Shown: positions 19,548 through 29,315, numbered from the stretch's first letter. The stretch: DNA of 64,000 nt from a virus (IMGVR_UViG_3300027759_000006:1165-65164); one strand, 5' to 3'. Notes: generated from the letters alone by a model not told the origin. A program made the numbers and translations.

Positions 19548-22404
19548 TTAATCCTATGGCCTCACCGTCAAAACAGTAGCACCGCACGTTAAGCCCAGAC
19601 AGCCCGCCGATTGCTCCCGCACCGATGCGCTTGGTAGTGGCAAGACCGTTGTGCTTAATGATTCCTGCCTTGGCCAGATTCCGCACGGCCTCGCGCACGT
19701 CCACCTGACGCTTGGCAAAGAAGGCCCGGAACTCCTGGGCGGTGATGAACAACTCTTTGGTGTCGGGCTCATACCGCTGGCGCAGTGGGCCCCTGGGGTT
19801 GGTAATTGGGGCGGGGGGCACGGACCCTTTAATATGGCTATTGATAACCAGGGCGTTGTTAACATTCTCGTTAATGAATGCGGATAGCGTCTCCTGAGCA
19901 ATTAGCAGGGGACTGCCAATACTGCCGATCTGGGCTTCCCTGTTGCTGGCGACTACCTCCAGAGCGTATTTGTACACACGCGATATCTCAATGCTGTGAA
20001 GCCCGCAACGTTCGGCAATGATGGCCCCCACAAACGCGCACGCCAAAATGCAGGAATAGAACCGATCGGTTTGATTCAACACCAGCCGATCATCAATCTT
20101 CTTTTGCATCTCCGCCAGCATACTCCTGACTTCATCCATGTTATTTAAAACGTATTGCATGAAGATGGGGCCCGCTATGCCGTAGTGCTCACCCAACGTG
20201 CTGAAGACTTCATCAATGTCCGATTTGGTCACGTTTTGCAATGTGGGTACATCAATCTCCAAGAGGCGCTTGAGTTCGCCGTCCGATGTGCTTTTTAATT
20301 GGCTAAGTTTGTCGATGAGGGACGAATTGGCAGACGTGATAGTGATGTTGCACCACGATGTATTGTTGACCCGCATCTTGTTTGCTGATGCCTCCATGCG
20401 GTGCCGGGCCCGGCCTGTGGTCACCCCGTATGCGGTATCCGATAGCTCTTCATCGGTTGTGTTGGTGATCTCGTCCATGGTGAATGCAATGCTGTTGAGC
20501 ATGCCGATGCGGTGCATCTTGGAAGCGTAGGTGTCGTCCTTGGTCATCAATAACTCAGTGGGATTACCGAAGATCGAATTGACCACCAACTGCGCCGTGG
20601 TTTTGCCTGAGCCGGATGCGTTGGACTTGAGGTGTACCAGCGCTCCCTTGACTACTGTGCCGCCAATAAATTTAAGCAGGGGTGCGCCAAACCCGAAGAA
20701 CAAAGCCAATGCGTGGGGCTCCAGCCCGGGGCGGTTGTAGAAGTCCACAATCTTTTTCCACCCCTCCAGATTGCCGCGCGGCACGAACGCTGGGGCCAGT
20801 TGCCGGGTTCCGCTTGAAGGCGGGGCCAGCTTGTTGCCTGCGGCTGAGTACTCCACCTCCCCAACTACAAACCCCTGCATGTCTGGGGTCCAGCCCATCT
20901 GACTGCGGGTCTTGTTTGCTGAAAACTGCGCTTGCAGTTTGCGTATGCTTGTCGAGAAGTAGGCCATGATTGGGTCCAGTTGTTTTCCATATGCCATTAC
21001 GCCATTTTTAATCACGGTGTCCCGCATCTTGTCTTTGGAGAACAAGTCGGCCACCGGGGCGTAGAACCGGCGGATACCATCGCGTTGCATGTGCAGGTCA
21101 ATGCTGACCATTTCCCCTAGGCCATCTCCAAACTCCTCAGAGTCAAAGAACCGCCCTGTTATATACAGGTCGCGGGAATAAACTTCAATCTCAACTTCCT
21201 CGCCTGATTCAGTTTTGACACGCTTGAACACGCCACCCCTGGGCCCCCGGAAGAACGGGTAGGGGTATGGCGGTATCTCCACTGTGATACGCGGGCCTTC
21301 GCCCTCGTCTGCATCCCCATACGAAGTTTCCACAATAAACGCCTGTGAGGCAGGGGGTGCATTGGGTACTGCAACCGTCACTGCGGCGGTCTCGGCGGGC
21401 ATCTCCACACGCTTGCCGACCAGTATGGGGCTGGATATCCGCTGAGTACATCCGGCACACCCTGCCGAGTAGTTGGTGCGGTACCAATCGCAGGTGTATG
21501 GCCCCTTGGTCTCCGCAGCCTTGGCCTCTGTGGAGTGAGCGCTGTACCCTGGGTGGCCTTTGGATAACTTGTGGATAGCCTGTTGACCGTCCTCACACCG
21601 CACAGCGACCGACAGCGCGGCCCGCCACAGCGGCTCTTCAAGCGTTGCCACCTCGGTGATGGCCTTGGTCATCTGGGCGCACCCATTGCCTGACAAGCTG
21701 CGCTGGACAATCCTTAGGAAGTCACAGGTAGGGTAGTCCCCCACGGCCAGATTGCGGGTCGTCTCATCCATACCAAACTGTTTGGCGGCAGTCAGGTCAA
21801 CTGGTGCGGGCGGCAGACACTTCTCAATGTCTTCAACAGCAACTGGTAGGCCAGCATTCACGATGCGCACCGGGCGCGGCGTAGCTTCCTTGTAGTTGTT
21901 TGTCCCAGGCACTCGCAGGATGCGGGCAGCATCCGCAGTTACCGCTGGGTCGGCATGTAGGTTGTTTTCACGGCATAACGTTTTGAGGCGCTTGGCCATG
22001 CCCAGCCATTTGTCTGCCTCCAAGTCCTCAAGGAGCGGCCAGTACACATGGACGCCACCCCCAGACAGGACAATCGTGGGCTCGGGCATACCCGTAGTCC
22101 GCACAAAGATACCTAGTTCGCTGCAAGCCTGGGCCGGGTCGTTGTACGGCTTGCCAGTGCCGCAATCCAAATCGAGAAAAAAAGCACGTAGGTAGGCTGC
22201 GTTATCTGCCTTGCGCCCCAACGCGGGGTCGGCAAAGCTTGCGAGTGCGTAGTAAGCATCAACGCCACGGGCATCCAGCCCAACCGCAACCGCATCAATA
22301 TCCGCAACAGTGTCGTGAAACGACTGCTTTACCAGCTTGCTTTTAATCCCGACTGCACAGTAGGTGCCCTGAGTGGGCAACACGGAGTCGAGAAAATTGT
22401 TCAC
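19516..22404 (-). CDS. primase-helicase (AEP-type primase, DUF927, P-loop helicase)
   Basis: FLDLD, SGGGVHVYW, RILRVPGT primase motifs; SQMGW; Walker A SGSGKTT, Walker B MDEI. Confidence 0.9.
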   Translation of the reverse strand: MNNFLDSVLPTQGTYCAVGIKSKLVKQSFHDTVADIDAVAVGLDARGVDAYYALASFADPALGRKADNAAYLRAFFLDLDCGTGKPYNDPAQACSELGIFVRTTGMPEPTIVLSGGGVHVYWPLLEDLEADKWLGMAKRLKTLCRENNLHADPAVTADAARILRVPGTNNYKEATPRPVRIVNAGLPVAVEDIEKCLPPAPVDLTAAKQFGMDETTRNLAVGDYPTCDFLRIVQRSLSGNGCAQMTKAITEVATLEEPLWRAALSVAVRCEDGQQAIHKLSKGHPGYSAHSTEAKAAETKGPYTCDWYRTNYSAGCAGCTQRISSPILVGKRVEMPAETAAVTVAVPNAPPASQAFIVETSYGDADEGEGPRITVEIPPYPYPFFRGPRGGVFKRVKTESGEEVEIEVYSRDLYITGRFFDSEEFGDGLGEMVSIDLHMQRDGIRRFYAPVADLFSKDKMRDTVIKNGVMAYGKQLDPIMAYFSTSIRKLQAQFSANKTRSQMGWTPDMQGFVVGEVEYSAAGNKLAPPSSGTRQLAPAFVPRGNLEGWKKIVDFYNRPGLEPHALALFFGFGAPLLKFIGGTVVKGALVHLKSNASGSGKTTAQLVVNSIFGNPTELLMTKDDTYASKMHRIGMLNSIAFTMDEITNTTDEELSDTAYGVTTGRARHRMEASANKMRVNNTSWCNITITSANSSLIDKLSQLKSTSDGELKRLLEIDVPTLQNVTKSDIDEVFSTLGEHYGIAGPIFMQYVLNNMDEVRSMLAEMQKKIDDRLVLNQTDRFYSCILACAFVGAIIAERCGLHSIEISRVYKYALEVVASNREAQIGSIGSPLLIAQETLSAFINENVNNALVINSHIKGSVPPAPITNPRGPLRQRYEPDTKELFITAQEFRAFFAKRQVDVREAVRNLAKAGIIKHNGLATTKRIGAGAIGGLSGLNVRCYCFDGEAIGLNETAFSDLAV

Positions 22405-22417
22405 ATGTCCTCACCGC

Positions 22418-22678
22418 TCAACCACGCCGAAGCGCTTTGGCTTCGTAGCGTTTTGAAAGTTTCCTGATTGAATCAATGTGTCGGGCCCGTGGGGTCGCTT
22501 TACCTGTGAACCAGTTATACACAGTTGCGCGGGTGACACCAAGCCGCAAGGCAATGGATGCGATCGGCATTTCCCGGTCGATACAAAGCCTTGCGAACTG
22601 GATGACGGGCAGAGTTTGATCTGCCCCCTCCACTTTACGGACAAAGAGGGTGGTGTACCCCCTTGTGACTTCAGTCAT
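22418..22678 (-). CDS. Cro/XRE-like HTH regulator
   Basis: IALRLGVTRATVYNWFTGKATP. Confidence 0.8.
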   Translation of the reverse strand: MTEVTRGYTTLFVRKVEGADQTLPVIQFARLCIDREMPIASIALRLGVTRATVYNWFTGKATPRARHIDSIRKLSKRYEAKALRRG

Positions 22679-23561
22679 CCGTGCCCCAGTCAGCAAGCAC
22701 AGAGGCTACGTCTTTGGGGGGAGGTGGAGGCGCGTCTGCGGCTTTCTTGCTGGCGCGTTTGACAGGCTCAGTCGTGGCGGTGGGAGCCTCGGTAAGCATC
22801 GGTGCTTCCTTGAACGTTTCGGGCAGGGCGACAGGGGTACCCGTCTCTGCTCTTGACGGAACCATCTTGAATTCAATGGCCATCTTGGCGTCATCGGTCA
22901 GGCTTTGGGCCTTGGCGATTTCCCACTCGTCTTGGGTCAGCGGGCGCACTGCGCGGAACTTCAACACAGGCACAGCCTCCGAGGTGTCAAAGCGGGCCTC
23001 AGTCACCAAGCCAGTGATTGGGATGCCGTGACCAGCCAGGAACTTGCCGTAGGCTTGCAGGGGCATCTTCTCGCCGTCTGCCTTACCGAAGTAAGACTTG
23101 GCGGGCACTGACAGGCGGTACACGTTGCCGCTGATATCGTTTTCCACGGTCACAGCCAAACGCTTGCTAAATCGACATGCGCGGGACTTGCCCTCACCAG
23201 AGCCCTCAATGTTTTGCTGGCAGGTAGCGCATGCCGAACTTTGCGGTTCGGGGACTTCGGCGTTGGGCACAACGCCTTCCGCTGACCAGCAGGCGGGCTT
23301 GATATCTTTGCCTTCCTCATATTTGCCTGCGTAGAAGGTGCGGGTGATGCCCTTGCCGCTGGCGACCACCACAAAGTTCATGGAGCGGTCTTCGTTCTTG
23401 GCAACCTCTTCGCCGCCTACGACCATACGCCACACGCCTCCTTTGATGGAGATTTGTTTGCCGCCAGAGCTACCAGCAATATCGCGGGTAGTTGCATCAG
23501 GAGCGTTACGCAGGTAGTCGGGGATGTGTGAGCCAGATTTGAAGAGAGAGATGTTACTCAT
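22671..23561 (-). CDS. putative single-stranded DNA-binding / recombination protein
   Basis: Cys cluster (CWS, CATC, ACRF), flexible linker, acidic-aromatic tail ADWGTDD; replication context. Confidence 0.6.
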   Translation of the reverse strand: MSNISLFKSGSHIPDYLRNAPDATTRDIAGSSGGKQISIKGGVWRMVVGGEEVAKNEDRSMNFVVVASGKGITRTFYAGKYEEGKDIKPACWSAEGVVPNAEVPEPQSSACATCQQNIEGSGEGKSRACRFSKRLAVTVENDISGNVYRLSVPAKSYFGKADGEKMPLQAYGKFLAGHGIPITGLVTEARFDTSEAVPVLKFRAVRPLTQDEWEIAKAQSLTDDAKMAIEFKMVPSRAETGTPVALPETFKEAPMLTEAPTATTEPVKRASKKAADAPPPPPKDVASVLADWGTDD

Positions 23562-23579
23562 TTGATTTCCTTAGGTTGA

Positions 23580-23966
23580 TTAACGTGCACGACGAACGGT
23601 GACCGAATACTTTGAATCCACATTCATGCCGGTTGGCAGTTTGTCAGGGTTGGCTTGCAAGAATTCCTTGAAGTTACCCTGGTGAATGCGGCGCTCAAGC
23701 AACTCGGGCGCACTGTGCTCTTTGATAAGCCGATAAACGCTGTCCCAGTCGGACGGCCAATACCGGGTTTTGACGGCGCGTCGAAACGAGCCGTACTGTG
23801 TGGACCCACCGTCTTGACCGGTGGTCTTGCATATTTCCAAGAGTTCTGCCTCTATGAGTTCAAGTTGCGCTTCAAGGGCGGCAACTTCCTCTTCCATTTG
23901 TTTTTGTTTGATGTCTTTGGCATCGCGTATTTTTATGTATACCCTTACCAGTTGGTTTGCATCCAT
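23580..23966 (-). CDS. hypothetical replication-module protein
   Basis: N-terminal coiled coil, DW...LLERRI...P.G pattern; AAGGA RBS. Confidence 0.75.
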   Translation of the reverse strand: MDANQLVRVYIKIRDAKDIKQKQMEEEVAALEAQLELIEAELLEICKTTGQDGGSTQYGSFRRAVKTRYWPSDWDSVYRLIKEHSAPELLERRIHQGNFKEFLQANPDKLPTGMNVDSKYSVTVRRAR

Positions 23967-23994
23967 ATGATTCCTTTGATTTGCGTTGAATGGT

Positions 23995-24084
23995 GTGGGG
24001 GGTTGACTTCACATAAAGCAGTGTGTGTTCAACTAAACAAGGAGTACAACACGATGGCGCTAACCCATCGCACCAACCCCCCAC
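23995..24084 (-). ncRNA. candidate structured RNA (multi-stem, anti-SD segment)
   Basis: 11-bp closing stem 23995-24005/24074-24084, inner hairpin 24051-24071; begins just after a consensus promoter. Confidence 0.5.
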
Positions 24085-24091
24085 GAAACAA

Positions 24092-24119
24092 ATTATACAG
24101 TGTCAAATTACGCTGTCAA
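24092..24119 (-). promoter_or_regulatory. sigma70-type promoter
   Basis: TTGACA-16 nt-TATAAT on the minus strand, overlapping the helicase stop codon. Confidence 0.8.
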
Positions 24120-25666
24120 GCGATTTCTTGTCTGTACAACTCAACAAGGTCCAAGTGCATGTCAATCTTGCTCTGGAGCATGATGTACATCCTGCGCTCA
24201 ACCGGACTCCCTTGCAGGTGAGTGACGGTTACCTTGTTGGTTTGGCCCGCCCGGTGTGCCCGGGAGTTGGCTTGCATATAGATTTCTGTTGATGCTACAG
24301 GCCCCCACCAGACAACTTGGTCTGCGCGGGTTAGGGTTATCCCGTGAGCAGTCGCTTGGGGTATCAGTAATAACACTCGGGGGTCATCTTCGGTCTGGAA
24401 CCTTTTGATTATTTCCCCGCGTTTGGATGCCGGTATGTCGCCGTGTATGGACTCAGTTGTGATGGACCGCTTGGCAAGTTCTTCTTCCAAGATATTGAGC
24501 GAGTGCCGGAATGGTATGAAAACAATTACCTTGTTGGAGGTCTCGTCAATCACATCCAACAGCGCGTTGAGCCTGTTGCTTACATCAAACTCAACCACGT
24601 CCCTATTGTCCGTATAGGCCGCGCCTTGAGATATCTGCAACAGCTTGTTGAGCAGTGCCGCTGCATTGGGCGCGGTGATCTCTTCGCCTGCGGCGACCAT
24701 CATCATTTGCTTGCGGATGGCCTCGTAGTATTTGTGCTGTTGCGCTGTCAGCGGAACCTCTCGGGTTGTGAACAGCATGTCGGGTAGGTCCAGGCACTCT
24801 TCTTTGGTGAAGCGTATAGCCGGTTGCAATACCTTGTGCACTGTGTCTCTGGCATCATGCTTGGGGGCCCACTTGTACTGAGTGATCTTGTTCATCACCT
24901 TGTCGCGGAATGACCCAAAGAACAGCGGCACAGAACTGGGGTTGACCAGCTTGGCCAGACCATACGCATCTACGGGCGACTGCGCCGCAGGGGTACCCGT
25001 CATAAGCCACAGCCGCGTGTTGGCCTTGACAAGACTTGCAAGCATCTTCCAACGATCGGTCTGCACACTCTTGATGGCGTTGGCCTCGTCCACAATAATC
25101 AGATCGAAGCCGCCGTTCCTAAGTTCTTCTGCAACAACCTTCACGCCGTCAAAGTTGATGATTACAAACTCGTAGTCTCCGGTCACGATTGCTTGTCGTT
25201 GCTTCTTGGTGCCCTGGGCGATCGCCACTGTGCGGTGCATCACCGTGCGGAATAAGTCAGCCCGCCATGCTGTCTCCATGATTGACACTGGGCACACCAC
25301 CAACACTCGATTGACCCGGCCATGGGTTATCAAATAGTCCGCTGCCCATGCCGCCGCACTGGTCTTGCCTGTGCCTGCCTCGTTGAACACAAAGCATCTC
25401 GGATGCAGGGTGAGAAAGTCGGCGGTCGTTCGTTGGTGCTCGAACGGCACATACACCCCAGGCCAGTTGTACCGCCCGAGGATGGGGCTTGGCGCGTCTT
25501 TGATGCCCAGGTTGCGTAGCAGTTGTACCTCGTCAAAGTCCCAGTTGACCAGCACCTGGGATTCTCCGTCTTGCTCGGACATGACCTTGCTTTTGGGGAT
25601 GAGTGCCGTTATTTGTTCAGCATTGCGCGTATTAAACAGGAGCGCCCTGTCTTGGATGATTTGCAT
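24116..25666 (-). CDS. SNF2-family (SF2) helicase
   Basis: EAGTGKT, IIVDEAN, MTGTP, HGITLT, QANSRAHRAGQ. Confidence 0.92.
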   Translation of the reverse strand: MQIIQDRALLFNTRNAEQITALIPKSKVMSEQDGESQVLVNWDFDEVQLLRNLGIKDAPSPILGRYNWPGVYVPFEHQRTTADFLTLHPRCFVFNEAGTGKTSAAAWAADYLITHGRVNRVLVVCPVSIMETAWRADLFRTVMHRTVAIAQGTKKQRQAIVTGDYEFVIINFDGVKVVAEELRNGGFDLIIVDEANAIKSVQTDRWKMLASLVKANTRLWLMTGTPAAQSPVDAYGLAKLVNPSSVPLFFGSFRDKVMNKITQYKWAPKHDARDTVHKVLQPAIRFTKEECLDLPDMLFTTREVPLTAQQHKYYEAIRKQMMMVAAGEEITAPNAAALLNKLLQISQGAAYTDNRDVVEFDVSNRLNALLDVIDETSNKVIVFIPFRHSLNILEEELAKRSITTESIHGDIPASKRGEIIKRFQTEDDPRVLLLIPQATAHGITLTRADQVVWWGPVASTEIYMQANSRAHRAGQTNKVTVTHLQGSPVERRMYIMLQSKIDMHLDLVELYRQEIA

Positions 25667-25685
25667 AGCGTTGATTTGTGGTGAC

Positions 25686-25716
25686 AAAAAGAGCCGGGTA
25701 GAGTGAACTACCCGGC
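25686..25716 (-). terminator. intrinsic terminator
   Basis: 9-bp stem GCCGGGTAG/CTACCCGGC followed by TCTTTTT on the minus strand. Confidence 0.7.
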
Positions 25717-25760
25717 AAAACTAGAGGAGAACGTGCTTGACAACTGCTCATCAAGCAACA
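25686..25760 (-). ncRNA. candidate double-hairpin sRNA with anti-SD linker
   Basis: Hairpin TGCTTGA/TCAAGCA, linker CGUUCUCCUC, terminator hairpin. Confidence 0.45.
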
Positions 25761-25770
25761 AAATAATAGC

Positions 25771-26052
25771 TTACTTTTTCCTTTCGCGTTTGGAAGTTTC
25801 AGACTTCAACCCGTTTGTTTTTGTTCGGGCAAAACTGCGGTTGGCTTCCTTGGGGGTAGCCTTTAAGTTGCGCAGTGCAACCGGGTCGCCGCCCTTGGAC
25901 AAAGCGCGTTTGTGGTCCACATCCACAGTGCCCGGCAGGTCGCCGTTTGCCTTCTCAAAGACCCGGCGGGCCTTGTTTCGGTTGCTTCTATTCTTGATCT
26001 GGTCGGGAGTACCCTGGTACTTTTTGTACTCCGCCGCGTAGTCTCTAGCCAT
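25771..26052 (-). CDS. HNH endonuclease
   Basis: DVDH..ALSKGG.....N.......NR motif; GGAGG RBS. Confidence 0.85.
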   Translation of the reverse strand: MARDYAAEYKKYQGTPDQIKNRSNRNKARRVFEKANGDLPGTVDVDHKRALSKGGDPVALRNLKATPKEANRSFARTKTNGLKSETSKRERKK

Positions 26053-26060
26053 ATGGCCTC

Positions 26061-26717
26061 CTAGTTATAAGCACAAGTCTTTACAGGGCAGAACTTGCAT
26101 AAGCCACTGGTGCTGGGATTCCATACCCCATTCTCCAGTGCCTGCTCGATACGTCCGGCCCGGCCTGCCCACTTCGACCAGATTTCGGACAGCGCATCGC
26201 GCTTGAACTCAGACTTGATTACATCGCTTGCCACGACAAAAAGCAAGGCTCCCTTGACGGTGTTGACCTCGGGGTGGTGCGCCATAATCATTGCGGACAT
26301 GAGTTCAAGCTGGCCTGAGTCGGCATACCTACTTGACTTCCCGGTCTTGTAGTCGGCCACTCGGGCAACGCCTCGCTCTCGGTTGATGGCAAGGTAGTCG
26401 GGGATGCCCCGGAACCATACATCTTTGTCAAAAAAGCCACACGGGCTAAAGTCAACTCGGATACCCAGTTTTTCTTCGCATCGAATGTCCCCTCCAAGGT
26501 TAGCAAGGGGCTCAATGAAATGCTTGAACTGTTCAAACTGTGGGGGTAGTGGGGTCTTGTCTTTGATGTAGTCTTCAAATGCTTTGTGCACCGCTGTGCC
26601 ATATAACGTGGCATCGGTGTTCTCCTGTTTAAAATTTTTGAGTATGCGGACTTCATGGTATTTTCGTGCGCAGTTTTCAAAGTCTTTGATTGCTGAATAG
26701 GAATGTGCGAGTGCCAT
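26061..26717 (-). CDS. PD-(D/E)XK exonuclease (Cas4/RecB-like)
   Basis: SYS...FENC, GTAVH, RGIPD, DYKTGK, Q..L, terminal C..C....C. Confidence 0.9.
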   Translation of the reverse strand: MALAHSYSAIKDFENCARKYHEVRILKNFKQENTDATLYGTAVHKAFEDYIKDKTPLPPQFEQFKHFIEPLANLGGDIRCEEKLGIRVDFSPCGFFDKDVWFRGIPDYLAINRERGVARVADYKTGKSSRYADSGQLELMSAMIMAHHPEVNTVKGALLFVVASDVIKSEFKRDALSEIWSKWAGRAGRIEQALENGVWNPSTSGLCKFCPVKTCAYN

Positions 26718-26722
26718 GGGAG

Positions 26723-27028
26723 TTAATCAAGTTGTAGATTTTGAGCCCCATAGTGTACGTCGTATCTGCACAATCTATCATCAAATTGCATGACCAGCAT
26801 CCACCCAAGAGTAGTGGCAGACATGTTGTGCGCCTCGGCTAATTGTGTATGCCCGGCCCCGCATCTCCACATAGCATACAGCGCATCAAACGTCTCTTTG
26901 TCTATGGGCACAGACACGGAGGCTCGCTCAAAAATCTCCGGCACCGCATACACAAGCCCGGTGTCAGAATCCTCAATAAAACGGCGACCGACAGGGCCGT
27001 TAAGGCACCAAGGCTCAACAGTCGCCAT
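26723..27028 (-). CDS. hypothetical protein (possible HTH)
   Basis: ATG 27028 overlaps polymerase end; HTQLAEAHNMSATTL. Confidence 0.5.
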   Translation of the reverse strand: MATVEPWCLNGPVGRRFIEDSDTGLVYAVPEIFERASVSVPIDKETFDALYAMWRCGAGHTQLAEAHNMSATTLGWMLVMQFDDRLCRYDVHYGAQNLQLD

Positions 27029-28901
27029 AGCTTGCTCCCATGCCGGACTCGCATGCCAACGGTAAACCCTGCGCCCAGGTCGGACGCCAGGACATGCACT
27101 CCTCGACAAACCTCCGGGCTTCCTTGGCCTCGTCAACAGGTGCGATACAGGCAATGGCATCGTGCACCGTCAACACCACCTTGTACCGACTGCTGATCTT
27201 TAACATCTGTTCGCCCACAATGCACCGGGCCACAGCTTGGCAAAAGTTCTCCACGATCAGCCCGCCGTACACCTTGGTCGTCATGCCTTTGGATTGGTAC
27301 GTCCACTGCGGCTTGCCGTCAGCCCACACCCGCTCCAGCCCAGGGTACTGGATGTGCAACCCGCTTGGTAGGGTAATCCCTTTGGGTGTGGCATGGACAA
27401 GGCCGTGCACGTCAATCTGGGTTGTGTGCCCGCTGGCAAGCGCTATCAACGCATTGTCTGCCCGCCGCCACAACTCGGGTATCCGCGAGTATGTATATCG
27501 GTACGTGTTGATGATGCGCTGGGCCTCGTCCACAGACACATCCACCCCTGCCACAGTCTTGAGAAACATCTTTAGCTTAGCGTGACCTACCCCATACCCG
27601 GCACCCAGGATGACGGTCTTGCCCACCTGCCGCTGACTCTTTGCCCCGGTGGTGACTTGATCTACGGGGATGCCATAAATCTTTGCCGCCATGATGGAGT
27701 ACACATCCTCCTTGTTGTCAAACGCCGTCACCAAGTCATCTTGCCCAGACAGCCACGCCAGCGTCCGCGCTTCGATCTGCGAGGAGTCGCAGTCAATCAC
27801 AACGTACCCCTTGGGAGCCAGGATGGCGCGTTTGATCTCGTTGGCATCCACGCCCCGGCTTGGTAGGTTCTGGAGGTTGATCTTGTCCTGGCCAGACCAG
27901 CGCCCTGAGTGCGCTCCGTAGTACCGCAGGGGTACCGGGAACGCCCCACGACTTGCCATGGATATGAACCGCTCGGTGCGGGTCTCCTCCAGGGTGGTCT
28001 TGTTGCCCACTCGCGCCGCCACCAGTGCCTGTACCCGCAGGTCCGGGTGCTCCTCCAGGGCTTTCATGGCCTCGTCCGTCTTGGCAAACGCATAGGCCAT
28101 CCGGCCCGTGGTCGGGCTTAGCTTGAGCGGAGGCTCCACGTCAAACAAACGCAGGGCTTCGGCAAATTTCTCGTTGGACATGAGCAACTTCTTGATGCCT
28201 GCGGTGCCCTCGGAGAAAATCATATGCACAAAGTCAGGCTGCATGTCGGCCAGCATCTGGTCGCGTACCTTGTCCAGCAGGTCTTGCTTGCGCTCCTTCA
28301 CATCCTCCAGGTGCTTGACCAGTCGCGCCTTGTTCAACTCCAGCACGGGCTCAATAAACATACGCAGGGTCAGATCAATCAGCTTGCTCTCCAGCTTGGG
28401 AAAACTCGGCGCGTAGATGTTGAACAACTGGTATGCAAGGTTGGTGTCATGGGCGCAGTACACCCCGTAACTCACCAACTCCTCAGGGGAGAAGTCCGCG
28501 TACCGCTTGCCCTTGGCGCGTAGCACCTCGTCTCCCTTGGCCTCAAGGCCAGCGCGTTCGGCTTGCGCCGCCAGGGAGTGTGACTTCTCGTGCGGGAACA
28601 GTGCCCTCGACATGCTCAGGGTGTCCAGCCACATCTTGGGATTCACCCCATACCTCCAGTTGAGGATGGCCCCATCAAACGCCGTGTTCTGAGCCAGCAC
28701 TGCCGCATTGCTCCAGTTGATCTGGGCCACTGCATCCTTTACCTGGGGCTGTGGGTACCACTGCACCTGCCCATCGCCTTGCTTGATGCTGAGGCCGATC
28801 GTCTCAAACTGCGGGGAGCGGATGTACTCCTCGGTGGTCAGCTTGGACAGGCTGAATTCCTGGTCGTAGTAGGACTCAAAGTCCAACGTAATGAGGTTCA
28901 T
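27015..28901 (-). CDS. polA: DNA polymerase family A with 3'-5' exonuclease
   Basis: ExoI DFES, ExoII NTAFD, NLQNLP, motif A DSSQIEAR, motif B RQVGKTVILGAGYG, motif C VHD. Confidence 0.95.
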   Translation of the reverse strand: MNLITLDFESYYDQEFSLSKLTTEEYIRSPQFETIGLSIKQGDGQVQWYPQPQVKDAVAQINWSNAAVLAQNTAFDGAILNWRYGVNPKMWLDTLSMSRALFPHEKSHSLAAQAERAGLEAKGDEVLRAKGKRYADFSPEELVSYGVYCAHDTNLAYQLFNIYAPSFPKLESKLIDLTLRMFIEPVLELNKARLVKHLEDVKERKQDLLDKVRDQMLADMQPDFVHMIFSEGTAGIKKLLMSNEKFAEALRLFDVEPPLKLSPTTGRMAYAFAKTDEAMKALEEHPDLRVQALVAARVGNKTTLEETRTERFISMASRGAFPVPLRYYGAHSGRWSGQDKINLQNLPSRGVDANEIKRAILAPKGYVVIDCDSSQIEARTLAWLSGQDDLVTAFDNKEDVYSIMAAKIYGIPVDQVTTGAKSQRQVGKTVILGAGYGVGHAKLKMFLKTVAGVDVSVDEAQRIINTYRYTYSRIPELWRRADNALIALASGHTTQIDVHGLVHATPKGITLPSGLHIQYPGLERVWADGKPQWTYQSKGMTTKVYGGLIVENFCQAVARCIVGEQMLKISSRYKVVLTVHDAIACIAPVDEAKEARRFVEECMSWRPTWAQGLPLACESGMGASYGDC

Positions 28902-28973
28902 TGATTAGGGGATTTCTTTAATTGTTTGCGTTCGCGGTCGCGCTCTCGCCGCTGAATGATCTTGCGCTCGGCC

Positions 28974-29315
28974 TCACTCACTTTGCGCTTCGACTGCAAA
29001 AATGTGGTAATTGGATTGGGCGTGTTTGATGTCATTGAGGGATTCCTCCAGGTAGGCAAGATTATCTTCGTTGATGACCAGCGCCAACCCACCGGCCTTG
29101 GCAATGTCGCGCAAGTTTTTAATCTGCAAGGCAGTGGGCACCCCGCGTCCCGCCTTGCACTCTATGCCAATGAAGAACCCACTAAGGCAGGCCAATATAT
29201 CTGGGGTGCCGTTGTTGGCATACTGCCCGCCGATGTAGTTCACTGCGTAGGCACCGTGTTCTTTGAGCATGGCATGCACTTTCTTTTTGACTTTGGATTC
29301 AGGGGTGGTGGCCAT
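28974..29315 (-). CDS. VRR-NUC domain nuclease (resolvase-like)
   Basis: TPE..VK, GTPDI, IECKAG, PTALQ. Confidence 0.88.
   Translation of the reverse strand: MATTPESKVKKKVHAMLKEHGAYAVNYIGGQYANNGTPDILACLSGFFIGIECKAGRGVPTALQIKNLRDIAKAGGLALVINEDNLAYLEESLNDIKHAQSNYHIFAVEAQSE

Noticed and set aside
24054-24221. + strand 55-aa ORF with a good AAGGAG RBS, antisense to the helicase end
   Set aside because: No upstream + strand promoter or protein motif; the SD-like sequence is better explained as an anti-SD of the minus-strand RNA, though not excluded
26061-26717. Cas4-like nuclease as evidence of CRISPR-Cas
   Set aside because: Solo Cas4/RecB-like exonucleases are routine in phage replication modules; no cas1, cas2 or array
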